Source: the human T2T-CHM13v2.0 reference genome, Homo sapiens
DNA length: 64,000 bases
Assembly: GCF_009914755.1 (NCBI RefSeq)
Contig: NC_060946.1
Direction: 5' to 3' (one strand)
Positions 13,385 to 26,520 of this stretch are shown piece by piece (position 1 is the first letter of the stretch; the number at the start of each line of letters is the position of its first letter). The position numbers and the translations under genes are program-made. The notes under the pieces were generated by a model. It made no database searches. It saw nothing but the letters and a program-made list of their open reading frames with translations, and had not been told where the DNA came from.

Positions 13385-16300
13385 CAAACCTAGTAGAATG
13401 TAATGGAAAGAATGGAATGTACAGGAATGGAATGGAATGGAATGGAATTTAATGGAATGGAATGGAATGGAATGGAATTTAATAGAATGGAATGGAATGG
13501 AATGGAATGGAATGGAATGGAATCAACCCGATTGGAGTCAAATGAAATGGAATGGAAATGAATGGAATAGAATGGAATGGAATGGAACGGAAAGGAATGG
13601 CATGAACCCGAGTGGAGTGGAATGGAATTGAATGGAATGGAATCGAAAGGCACGGAATGGAATGGAATGGAATGGAATGGAATGGAATGGAATCAACCCG
13701 AGTGGAATGGAATGGAATGGAATCAAGCTGAGTGGAATGGAATGGAATGGAATGCAATGGAATATAATGGAGTGGAAGGCATTAGAATCAACTGGAATGG
13801 AATGGAGTGGAATGGAATGGAATCAACGCCAGTGGAATGGAATGGAATGGAATGGATAATAATGGAATGGAATGGAATCAATCCGGGTGGAATGGAATGG
13901 AATGGAATGCAATGGAATGGAATGGAATCAACTCGAGTGGAATGAAATGTAACGTAATGTAACGGAATGGAATGGAATGGAATGGAATAGAATGGAATCA
14001 ATTCGAGTGTAATATAACGGTATAGAATGGAATGGAAGGGAATGGAATGGAATCAACTAGAGTGGAAACGAATGGAAAGGAATGGAATGGAATGGAATGG
14101 AGTGTAATGGAATGGAATGGAATGGAATGGAATGGAATGGAATGGAATGGAATAGAATGGAGTCAATTCAAGTGCAATGGAATGGTATACAATGGAATCG
14201 AATGGAATGGAATCAACCAGAGTGGAATGGAATGGAAAGGAATGGAATGGAATGGAACGGAACGGAATGGAATGGAATGGAATGGAATGTAACAGCATGG
14301 AATGGAATGGAATGGAATGGAATGGAATGGAATGGAATATAACGGCATGCAATGGAATGGAATGTAACAGCATGGAATGGAATGGAATGGAATGGAATGG
14401 AATGGAATGGAATATAACGGCATGCAATGGAATGGAATGGAGTGGATTCAACCCGAGTGGAATGGAGTGGATTGGACTGTAACGACATGGAATGGAATGG
14501 AATGGAGTGGAATAAACACGAGTGGAATGGAAAGGAATGGAATGGACTGGAATCAACCCGAGTGCAATGGAATGGAATGGAATGGAATGGAATGGAGTGA
14601 AATAAACTCGAGTGGAATGGAATGGAATGGAATAGAATGGAATGGAATGGAAAGGAATGGAAGAGAATGGAATGGAATCAACTCGAGTGGAAAGGAATGG
14701 AATGGAAAGGAATGGAATGGAATGGAAAGGAATGGAATGCAATGGAATGCAGTGTTATGGAATGGAATCAACCCGAGTGGAATGGAATGGAATGGAATGG
14801 AATGGAATGGAATGGATTGGAATGGAATGGACAGGAATGGAATGGAATGGAATGGAACGGAATGGACATGAATGGAATGGAATGGAATGGAATGGAATGG
14901 AATGGAATGGAGTGGAATGGACTAGAATGGAATGGAATGGAATGAAATCAACCCGATGGGAATGGAATGAAATGTAATGGAATGGAATGGAATCAACTGG
15001 AAAGGAATCAAATGGAACGGAATGGAATTGAATGGAATGGATTGGAATGGAATGGAATGGAATGGAATCAAACCTAGTAGAATGGAATGGAAAGAATGGA
15101 ATGTACAGGAATGGAATGGAATGGAATGGAATTTAATGGAATGGAATGGAATGGAATGGAATTTAATAGAATGGAATGGAATGGAATGGAATGGAATGGA
15201 ATGGAATGGAATGGAATGGAATCAACCCGATTGGAGTCAAATGAAATGGAATGGAAATGAATGGAATAGAATGGAATGGAATGGAACGGAAAGGAATGGC
15301 ATGAACCCGAGTGGAATGGAATGGAATGGAATGGAATGGAATGGAATGGAATGGAATGGAATCGAAAGGCACGGAATGGAATGGAATGGAATGGAATGGA
15401 ATGGAATGGAATGGAATCAACCCGAGTGGAATGGAATGGAATGGAATCAAACTGAGTGGAATGGAATGGAATGGAATGCAATGGAATGTAATGGAGAGGA
15501 AGGCATTAGAATCAACTGGAATGGAATGGAGTGGAATGGAATGGAATCAACGCCAGTGGAATGGAATGGAATGGAATGGATAATAATGGAATGGAATGGA
15601 ATCAATCCGGGTGGAATGGAATGGAATGGAATGCAATGGAATGGAATGGAATCAACTCGAGTGGAATGAAATGTAACGTAATGTAATGTAATGGAATGGA
15701 ATGGAATGGAATAGAATGGAATCAATTCGAGTGTAATATAACGGTATAGAATGGAATGGAATGGAATGGAATGGAATGGAATCAACTAGAGTGGAAACGA
15801 ATGGAAAGGAATGGAATGGAATGGAATGGAGTGTAATGGAATGGAATGGAATGGAATGGAATGGAATGGAATGGAATGGAATGGCATGGAATGGAATGGA
15901 ATGGAGTGGAATCAACCAGAGTGGAATGGAGTGCAATGGACTGTAACGGCATGGAATGGAATGGAATGGAGTGGAATAAACACGAGTGGAATGGAATGGA
16001 ATGGAATGGACTGGAATGGAATGGAATGGAATCAACCCGAGTGAAATGGAATGGAATAGAATGGAATGAAATAAACACGAGTGGAAAGGAATGGAATGGA
16101 ATGGAATGGAAGAGAATGGAATGGAATCAACTCGAGTGGAAAGGAATGGAATGGAAAGGAATGGAATGGAATGGAAAGGAATGGAATGCAATGGAATGCA
16201 GTGTTATGGAATGGAATCAACCCGAGTGGAATGGAATGGAATGGAATGGAATGGATTGGAATGGAATGGACAGGAATGGAATGGAATGGAATGGAACGGA

Positions 16301-18660
16301 ATGGACAGGAATGGAATGGAATGGAATGGAATGGAATGGAGTGGAATGGACTAGAATGGAATGGAATGGAATGAAATCAACCCGATGGGAATGGAATGGA
16401 ATGCAATGGAATGGAATGGAATCAACTGGAAAGGAATCAAATGGAACGGAATGGAATTGAATGGAATGGATTGGAATGGAATGGAATGGAATCAAACCTA
16501 GTAGAATGTAATGGAAAGAATGGAATGTACAGGAATGGAATGGAATGGAATGGAATTTAATGGAATGGAATGGAATTTAATAGAATGGAATGGAATGGAA
16601 TGGAATGGAATGGAATGGAATCAACCCGATTGGAGTCAAATAAAATGGAATGGAAATGAATGGAATAGAATGGAATGGAATGGAACGGAAAGGAATGGCA
16701 TGAACCCGAGTGGAATGGAATGGAATGGAATGGAATGGAATGGAATGGAATCGAAAGGCACGGAATGGAATGGAATGGAATGGAATGGAATGGAATGGAA
16801 TGGAATCAACCCGAGTGGAATGGAATGGAATGGAATCAAGCTGAGTGGAATGGAATGGAATGGAATGCAATGGAATGTAATGGAGTGGAAGGCATTAGAA
16901 TCAACTGGAATGGAATGGAGTGGAATGGAATGGAATCAACGGCAGTGGAATGGAATGGAATGGAATGGATAATAATGGAATGGAATGGAATCAATCCGGG
17001 TGGAATGGAATGGAATGGAATGCAATGGAATGGAATGGAATCAACTCGAGTGGAATGAAATGTAACGTAATGTAACGGAATGGAATGGAATGGAATGGAA
17101 TAGAATGGAATCAATTCGAGTGTAATATAACGGTATAGAATGGAATGGAATGGAATGGAATGGAATCAACTAGAGTGGAAACGAATGGAAAGGAATGGAA
17201 TGGAATGGAATGGAGTGTAATGGAATGGAATGGAATGGAATGGAATAGAATGGAGTCAATTCAAGTGCAATGGAATGGTATACAATGGAATCGAATGGAA
17301 TGGAATCAACCAGAGTGGAATGGAATGGAAAGGAATGGAATGGAATGGAACGGAACGGAATGGAATGGAATGGAATGGAATGTAACGGCATGGAATGGAA
17401 TGGAATGGAATGGAATGGAATGGAATGGAATGGAATGGAATATAACGGCATGCAATGGAATGGAATGGAGTGGATTCAACCCGAGTGGAATGGAGTGGAT
17501 TGGACTGTAACGACATGGAATGGAATGGAATGGAGTGGAATAAACACGAGTGGAATGGAAAGGAATGGAATGGACTGGAATCAACCCGAGTGCAATGGAA
17601 TGGAATGGAATGGAATGGAATGGAGTGAAATAAACTCGAGTGGAATGGAATGGAATGGAATAGAATGGAATGGAATGGAAAGGAATGGAAGAGAATGGAA
17701 TGGAATCAACTCGAGTGGAAAGGAATGGAATGGAAAGGAATGGAATGGAATGGAAAGGAATGGAATGCAATGGAATGCAGTGTTATGGAATGGAATCAAC
17801 CCGAGTGGAATGGAATGGAATGGAATGGAATGGAATGGATTGGAATGGAATGGACAGGAATGGAATGGAATGGAATGGAACGGAATGGACATGAATGGAA
17901 TGGAATGGAATGGAATGGAATGGAATGGAATGGAGTGGAATGGACTAGAATGGAATGGAATGGAATGAAATCAACCCGATGGGAATGGAATAGAATGTAA
18001 TGGAATGGAATGGAATCAACTGGAAAGGAATCAAATGGAACGGAATGGAATTGAATGGAATGGATTGGAATGGAATGGAATGGAATCAAACCTAGTAGAA
18101 TGGAATGGAAAGAATGGAATGTACAGGTATGGAATGGAATGGAATGGAATTTAATGGAATGGAATGGAATGGAATGGAATTTAATAGAATGGAATGGAAT
18201 GGAATGGAATGGAATGGAATGGAATCAACCCGATTGGAGTCAAATGAAATGGAATGGAAATGAATGGAATAGAATGGAATGGAATGGAACGGAAAGGAAT
18301 GGCATGAACCCGAGTGGAATGGAATGGAATGGAATGGAATGGAATGGAATCGAAAGGCACGGAATGGAATGGAATGGAATGGAATGGAATGGAATGGAAT
18401 GGAATGGAATCAACCCGAGTGGAATGGAATGGAATGGAATCAAACTGAGTGGAATGGAATGGAATGGAATGCAATGGAATGTAATGGAGTGGAAGGCATT
18501 AGAATCAACTGGAATGGAATGGAGTGGAATGGAATGGAATCAACGCCAGTGTAATGGAATGGAATGGAATGGATAATAATGGAATGGAATGGAATCAATC
18601 CGGGTGGAATGGAATGGAATGGAATGCAATGGAATGGAATGGAATCAACTCGAGTGGAAT
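13385..18660 (+). repeat. Local tandem array of 1.4-1.7 kb subunits with ~3.0-3.1 kb dimeric (A-B-A-B) periodicity
   Basis: CAAACCTAGTAG at 13385, 15069, 16493 and 18087 (spacings 1684, 1424, 1594). Private variants alternate: CAAGCTGAGT ~13724/16837, GTAACGACAT ~14479/17507, GGACATGAAT ~14864/17887. Confidence 0.85.
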
Positions 18661-21600
18661 GAAATGTAACGTGATGGAATGGAATGGAATGGAATGGAAT
18701 GGAATGGAATGGAATACAATGGAATCAATTCGAGTGCCATGTAATGGTATAGAATGGAAGGGAATGGAATGGAATGAAATGGAATGGAATGGAATGGAAT
18801 GGAATCATCCAGAGTGGAATGGAATGGAATGGAATGGAATGGAATGGAATGGAATGGAATGGAATGGAATGGAATGGAATGGAATATATTGGAATGGAAT
18901 GCAACGGAATCAACTGGAATGGAATGGAATGGAATGGAATGGATTATAATGGAATGGAACGGAATCAATCCGGGTGGAATGGAATGGAATGGAATGGAAT
19001 GGAATGGAATGGAATTCAATGTAATGGAAACAAACCGAGAGGAATGTAATGGAATGGAAAGGACTGGAATGTAATGGAATGCATTGGAATCAAACCGATT
19101 CCAATGCAACGGAATGGAATGGAATGGAATGGAAAGAAATCAACCCGAATGGAATGGATTGGAATAGAGTGGAATGGAATGAAATGGCATGGAATGCAAT
19201 GAAATCAACTAGAATGGAATGGAATGGAATGGAATGAACAGGAATGGAATGGAATGGAATGGAATGGAATGGAATGGAATGGAGTGGAATGGAATGGAAT
19301 GGAATGAAATCAACCCGATTGGAATGGAATGGAATGCAATGGAATGGAATGGAATCAACTGGAAAGGAATCAAATGGAACGGAATGGAATGGAATGGAAT
19401 GGAATGGAATGGAATGGAACGGAACGGAACGGAAAAAAACTCTGTGGAATGGAATGGAATGGAATGGATTATAATGGAATGGAATGGAATCAATCCAGGT
19501 GGAATGGAATGGAATGGAATGGAATGCAATGGAATGGACAGGAATGGACTGGAATGGAATTCAATGGAATGGAATGGACAGGAATGCAATGGAATGTAAT
19601 GGAATGGAATGGAATGGAATGGAATGCACTAGAATGGAATGGAATGGAATGAAATCAACCCGATTGGAATGGAATGGAATGCAATGGAATGGAATGGAAT
19701 CAACTGGAAAGGAATCAAATGGAACGGAATGGAATAGAATGGAATGGATTGGAATGGAAAGGAATGGATTCAACCCGAGTGGAATGGAATGGAATAGAAC
19801 GGAATAAACACGAGTGGAATGGAATGGAATGGAATGGAATGGAATGGAATGGAATGGAATGGAATCAACTCGAGTGGAATGAAATGTAATGTAATGGAAT
19901 GGAATGGAATTGAATGGAATAAACACGAGTGGAATGGAATGGAATGGAATGGAATGGAATAGAATGGAGTCAATTCAAGTGCAATGGAATGGTATACAAT
20001 GGAATCGAATGGAATGGAATCAACCAGAGTGGAATGGAATGGAAAGGAATGGAATGGAATGGAACGGAACGGAATGGAATGGAATGGAATGGAATGTAAC
20101 GGCATGGAATGGAATGGAATGGAATGGAATGGAATGGAATGGAATGGAATATAACGGCATGCAATGGAATGGAATGGAGTGGATTCAACCCGAGTGGAAT
20201 GGAGTGGATTGGACTGTAACGGCATGGAATGGAATGGAATGGAGTGGAATAAACACGAGTGGAATGGAATGGAATGGAATGGACTGGAATCAACCCGAGT
20301 GCAATGGAATGGAATGGAATGGAATGGAATGGAATGGAGTGAAATGAACTCGAGTGGAATGGAATGGAATGGAATAGAATGGAATGGAATGGAAAGGAAT
20401 GGAAGAGAATGGAATGGAATCAACTCGAGTGGAAAGGAATGGAATGGAAAGGAATGGAATGGAATGGAAAGGAATGGAATGCAATGGAATGCAGTGTTAT
20501 GGAATGGAATCAACCCGAGTGGAATGGAATGGAATGGAATGGAATGGAATGGAATGGAATGGAATGGAATGGAATGCAATGCAATGGAATGGACAGGAGT
20601 GGAATGGAATGGAATTCAATGGAATGGAATGGACAGGAATGGAATGGAATCGAATGGAATGGAATGGAATGGAGTGGAATGGACTAGAATGGAATGGAAT
20701 GGAATGAAATCAACCCGATTGGAATGGAATGGAATGCAATGGAATGGAATGGAATCAACTGGAAAGGAATCAAATGGAACGGAATGGAATGGAATGGAAT
20801 GGAATGGAATGGAATGGAATGGAATGGAATCAACCCTAGTGGAATGGAATGGAATGAAATCAAACTGAGTGGAATGGAAGGGAATGGAATGCAATGGAAT
20901 GTAATGGAGTGGAAGGCATTTGAATCAACTGGAATGGAATGGAAAGGAATGGAATGGAATGGAATCAACCCCAGTGGAATGGAATGGAATGGAATGGATT
21001 ATAATGGAATGGAATGGAATCAATCTGGGTGGAATGGAATGGAATGGAATGGATTATAATGGAATGGAATGGAATCAATCCGGGTGGAGTGGAATTGAAT
21101 GGAATGGAATGGAATGGAATGGAATGGATTGGAATTCAATGTAATGGAAACAACCCGAGTGGAATGTAATGGAATGGAAAGGCCTGGAATGTAATGGAAT
21201 GGATTGGAATCAACCCGATTCCAATGCAAAGGAATGGAATGGAATGGAATGGAAGGGAATGGAATGGAATGGAAAGGAATGGAATGAACTGTAATGAAAT
21301 GGAATGGAATGGAATTTAATGGAATGGAATGGAATCAACCCGAGTGGAGTGGAATGGAATGGAATGGAAATGAATGGAATAGAATGGAATGGAATGGAAC
21401 GGAACGGAATGGAAAGAACCCGAGTGGAATGGATTGTAATGGAAATGAATGGAATAGAAGGGAATGGAATGGAATGGAACGGAATGGAACGAACCCGAGT
21501 GGAATGGATTGGAATGGAATGGAATGGAAAGGAACGGAATGGAATGGATTGGAATGGAATCAACCCGAGTGGAATGGAATGGAATGGAATCAAACTGAGT

Positions 21601-24600
21601 GGAATGGAAGGGAATGGAATGCAATGGAATGTAATGGAGTGGAAGGCATTTGAATCAACTGGAATGGAATGGAATGGAATGGAATGGAATGGAATGGAAT
21701 GGAATCAACCCCAGTGGAATGGATTGGATGGGAATGGATTATAATGGAATGGAATGGAATCAATCCGAGTGGAATGGAATGGAATGGAATGGATTATAGT
21801 TGAATGGAATGGAATCAATCCTTGTGGAATGGAGTGGAATGGAATGGAATAGAATGGAATGGAATTCAATGTAATGGAAACAAACCGAGTGGAATGTAAT
21901 GGAATGGAAAGGACTGGAATCTAATGGAATGTATTGGAATCAACCTGATTCCAATGCAACGGAATGGAATGGAATGCAATGCAATGGAAGGGAATGGAAT
22001 GGAATGGAAAAGAATGGAATAAACTGGAATTGAATGGAATGGAATGGAATTTAATGGAATGGAATGGAATGGAATGGAATGGAATGGAATCAACCCGAGT
22101 GGAGTGGAATGGAATGCAATGGAAATGAATGGAATAGAATGGAATGGAATGCAACGGAACGGAATGGAATGAACCCGAGTGGAATGGAATGGAATAGAAT
22201 GGAATGGAAAGGCACGAAATGGAATGGAATGGAATGGAATGGAATGGAATGGAATGGAATCAACCCGAGTGGAATGGAATGGAATGGAATCAAACTGAGT
22301 GGAATGGAATGGAATGGAATGGAATGGAATGGAGTGGAAGGCATTAGAATCACCTGGAATGGAATGGAATGGAATGGAATGGAATGGAATGGAATCAACC
22401 CGAGTGGAATGGAATGGAATGGAATCAAACTGAGTGGAAAGGAATAGAATGGAATGGAATGGAATGGAATGGAATGGAATGGAATGGAATGGAATGGAAT
22501 CAACCACAGTGGAATGGAATGGAATGGAACAGATTATAATAGAATGGAATGGAATCAATCCGGGTGGAATGGAATGGAATGGAATGGAATGGAATGGAAT
22601 CAACTCGAGTGGAATGAAATGTAACTTGATGGAATGGAATGGAATGGAATGGAATGGAATGGAATGGAATACAATGGAATCAATTCGAGTGCCATGTAAT
22701 GGTATAGAATGGAATGGAATGGAATGGAATGAAATGGAATGGAATGGAATGGAATGGAATCATCCAGAGTGGAATGGAATGGAATGGAATGGAATGGAAT
22801 ATATTGGAATGGAATGGAATGGAATGGAATGGAATATATTGGAATGGAATGCAACGGAATCAACTGGAATGGAATGGAATGGAATGGAATGGATTATAAT
22901 GGAATGGAATGGAATCAATCCGGGTGGAATGGAATGGAATGGAATGGAATGGAATTCAATGTAATGGAAACAAACCGAGAGGAATGTAATGGAATGGAAA
23001 GGACTGGAATGTAATGGAATGGATTGGAATCAAACCGATTCCAATGCAACGGAATGGAATGGAATGGAATGGAAAGAAATCAACCCGAATGGAATGGATT
23101 GGAATAGAGTGGAATGGAATGGAATGGCATGGAATGCAATGAAATCAACTAGAATGGAATGGAATGGAATGGAATGAACAGGAATGGAATGGAATGGAAT
23201 GGAATGGAATGGAGTGGAATGGAATGCAATGGAATGAAATCAACCCGATTGGAATGGAATGGAATGCAATGGAATGGAATGGAATCAACTGGAAAGGAAT
23301 CAAATGGAACGGAATGGAATGGAATGGAATGGAATGGAATGGAACGGAACGGAATCAACCTCTGTGGAATGGAATGGAATGGAATGGATTATAACGGAAT
23401 GGAATGGAATCAATCCGGGTGGAATGGAATGGAATGGAATGGAATGGAATGGAATGCAATGTAATGGACAGGAATGGAATGGAATGGAATTCAATGGAAT
23501 GGAATGGAGAGGAATGCAATGGAATGTAATGGAATGGAATGGAATGGAGTGGAATGGACTAGAATGGAATGGAATGGAATGAAATCAAACCGATTGGAAT
23601 GGAATAGAATGCAATGGAATGGAATGCAATCAACTGGAAAGGAATCAAATGGAACGGAATGGAATAGAATGGAATGGATTGGAATGGAAAGGAATGGATT
23701 CAACCCGAGTGGAATAGAATGGAATAGAACGGAATAAACACGAGTGGAATGGAATGGAATGGAATGGAATGGAATGGAATGGAATGGAATCAACTCGAGT
23801 GGAATGAAATGTAATGTAATGGAATGGAATGGAATTGAATGGAATAAACACGAGTGGAATGTAATGGAATGGAATGGAATGGAATGGAATAGAATGGAGT
23901 CAATTCAAGTGCAATGGAATGGTATACAATGGAATCGAATGGAATGGAATCAACCAGAGTGGAATGGAATGGAAAGGAATGGAATGGAATGGAACGGAAC
24001 GGAACGGAATGGAATGGAATGGAATGGAATGGAATGGCATGGAATGGAATGGAATGGAATGGAATGGAATGGAATGGAATGGAATGGAATGGAATAGAAT
24101 GCAATCATTTCGAATGCAATGTAATGGTATAGAATGGAATGGAATGGAATGGAATCAACCAGAGTGGAATGGAATGGAAAGGAATGGAATGGAATGGAAT
24201 GTAACGGCATGGAATGGAATGGAATGGAGTGGAATCAACCCGAGTGGAATGGAGTGGAATGGACTGTAATGGAATGGAATGGAATGGAGTGGAATAAACA
24301 CAAGTGGAAAGGAATGGAATGGAATCAAACTGAGTGGAATGGAATGGAATGGAAAGCAATGGAATGTAATGCAGTGGAAGGCATTAGAATCAACTGGAAT
24401 GGAATGGAGTGGAATGGAATGGAATCAACGCCAGTGGAATGGATTGGAATGGAATGGATAATAATGGAATGGAAGGGAATCAATCCGGGTGGAATGGAAT
24501 GGAATGGAATGCAATGGAATGAAATGGAATCAACTCGAGTGGAATGAAATGTAACGTAATGTAATGGAATGGAATGGAATGGAATGGAATGGAATAGAAT

Positions 24601-25699
24601 GGAATCAATTCGAGTGCAATATAATGGAATACAATGGAATGGAATGGAATGGAATCAACCAGAGTGGAATGGAATGGAAAGGAATGGAATGGAATGGAAT
24701 GGAATGGAATGGAATGGAATGGAATGGAATGGCACGGCATGGAATGGAATGGAATGGAGTGGAATCAACCCGAGTGGAATGGAGTGGAATGGACTGTAAT
24801 GGCATGGAATGGAATGGAATGGAGTGGAATAAACACAAGTGGAATGGAATGGAATGGAATGGACTGGAATCAACCAGAGTGCAATGGAATGGAATAGAAT
24901 GGAATGGAATGGAATGGAATGAAATAAACACGAGCGGAATGGAATGGAATGGAATGGAATGGAATGGAACGGAGTGGAATGGACTAGAATGGAATGGAAT
25001 GGAATGAAATCAACCCGATTGGATTGGAATGGAATGCAATGGAATGGAATGGAATCAACTGGAAAGGAATCAAATGGAACGGAATGGAATGGAATGGAAT
25101 GGAATGGAATGGAATGGAATGGAATGGAACGGAATGGAATCAACCTCTGTGGAATGGAATGGAATGGAATGGATTATAATGGAATGGAATGGAATCAATC
25201 CGGGTGGAATGGAATGGAATGGAATGGAATGCAATGGAATGGACAGGAATGGAATGGAATGGAATTCAATGGAATGGAATGGACAGGAATGCAATGGAAT
25301 GTAATGGAATGGAATGGAATGGAGTGGAATGCACTAGAATGGAATGGAATGGAATGGAATGAAATCAACCCGATTGGAATGGAATGGAATGCAATGGAAT
25401 GGAATGGAATCAACTGGAAAGGAATCAAATGGAACGGAATGGAATAGAATGGAATGGATTGGAATGGAAAGGAATGGATTCAACCCGAGTGGAATGGAAT
25501 GGAATAGAACGGAATAAACACGAGTGGAATGGAATGGAATGGAATGGAATGGAATCAACTCGAGTGGAATGAAATGTAATGTAATGGAATGGAATGGAAT
25601 TGAATGGAATAAACACGAGTGGAATGGAATGGAATGGAATGGAATGGAATAGAATGGAGTCAATTCAAGTGCAATGGAATGGTATACAATGGAATCGAA

Positions 25700-26520
25700 T
25701 GGAATGGAATCAACCAGAGTGGAATGGAATGGAAAGGAATGGAATGGAATGGAACGGAACGGAATGGAATGGAATGGAATGGAATGTAACGGCATGGAAT
25801 GGAATGGAATGGAATGGAATGGAATGGAATGGAATGGAATATAACGGCATGCAATGGAATGGAATGGAGTGGATTCAACCCGAGTGGAATAGAGTGGATT
25901 GGACTGTAACGGCATGGAATGGAATGGAATGGAGTGGAATAAACACGAGTGGAATGGAATGGAATGGAATGGATTGGAATCAACCCGAGTGCAATGGAAT
26001 GGAATGGAATGGAATGGAATGGAATGGAGTGAAATAAACTCGAGTGGAATGGAATGGAATGGAATAGAATGGAATGGAATGGAAAGGAATGGAAGAGAAT
26101 GGAATGGAATCAACTCGAGTGGAAAGGAATGGAATGGAAAGGAATGGAATGGAATGGAACGGAACGGAATGGAATGGAATGGAATGGAATGTAACGGCAT
26201 GGAATGGAATGGAATGGAATGGAATGGAATGGAATGGAATGGAATATAACGGCATGCAATGGAATGGAATGGAGTGGATTCAACCCGAGTGGAATGGAGT
26301 GGATTGGACTGTAACGGCATGGAATGGAATGGAATGGAGTGGAATAAACACGAGTGGAATGGAATGGAATGGAATGGACTGGAATCAACCCGAGTGCAAT
26401 GGAATGGAATGGAATGGAATGGAATGGAATGGAGTGAAATAAACTCGAGTGGAATGGAATGGAATGGAATAGAATGGAATGGAATGGAAAGGAATGGAAG
26501 AGAATGGAATGGAATCAACT
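25700..26520 (+). repeat. ~405-410 bp internal tandem duplication of the HOR (also near 36.2-37.0, 42.1-42.9 and 52.6-53.4 kb)
   Basis: ATAACGGCATGCAAT pairs at 25841/26246, 36310/36720, 42270/42680 and 52719/53129. The block is single in the copies near 2082, 5836, 12740, 17442 and 20151. Boundaries are approximate. Confidence 0.85.
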
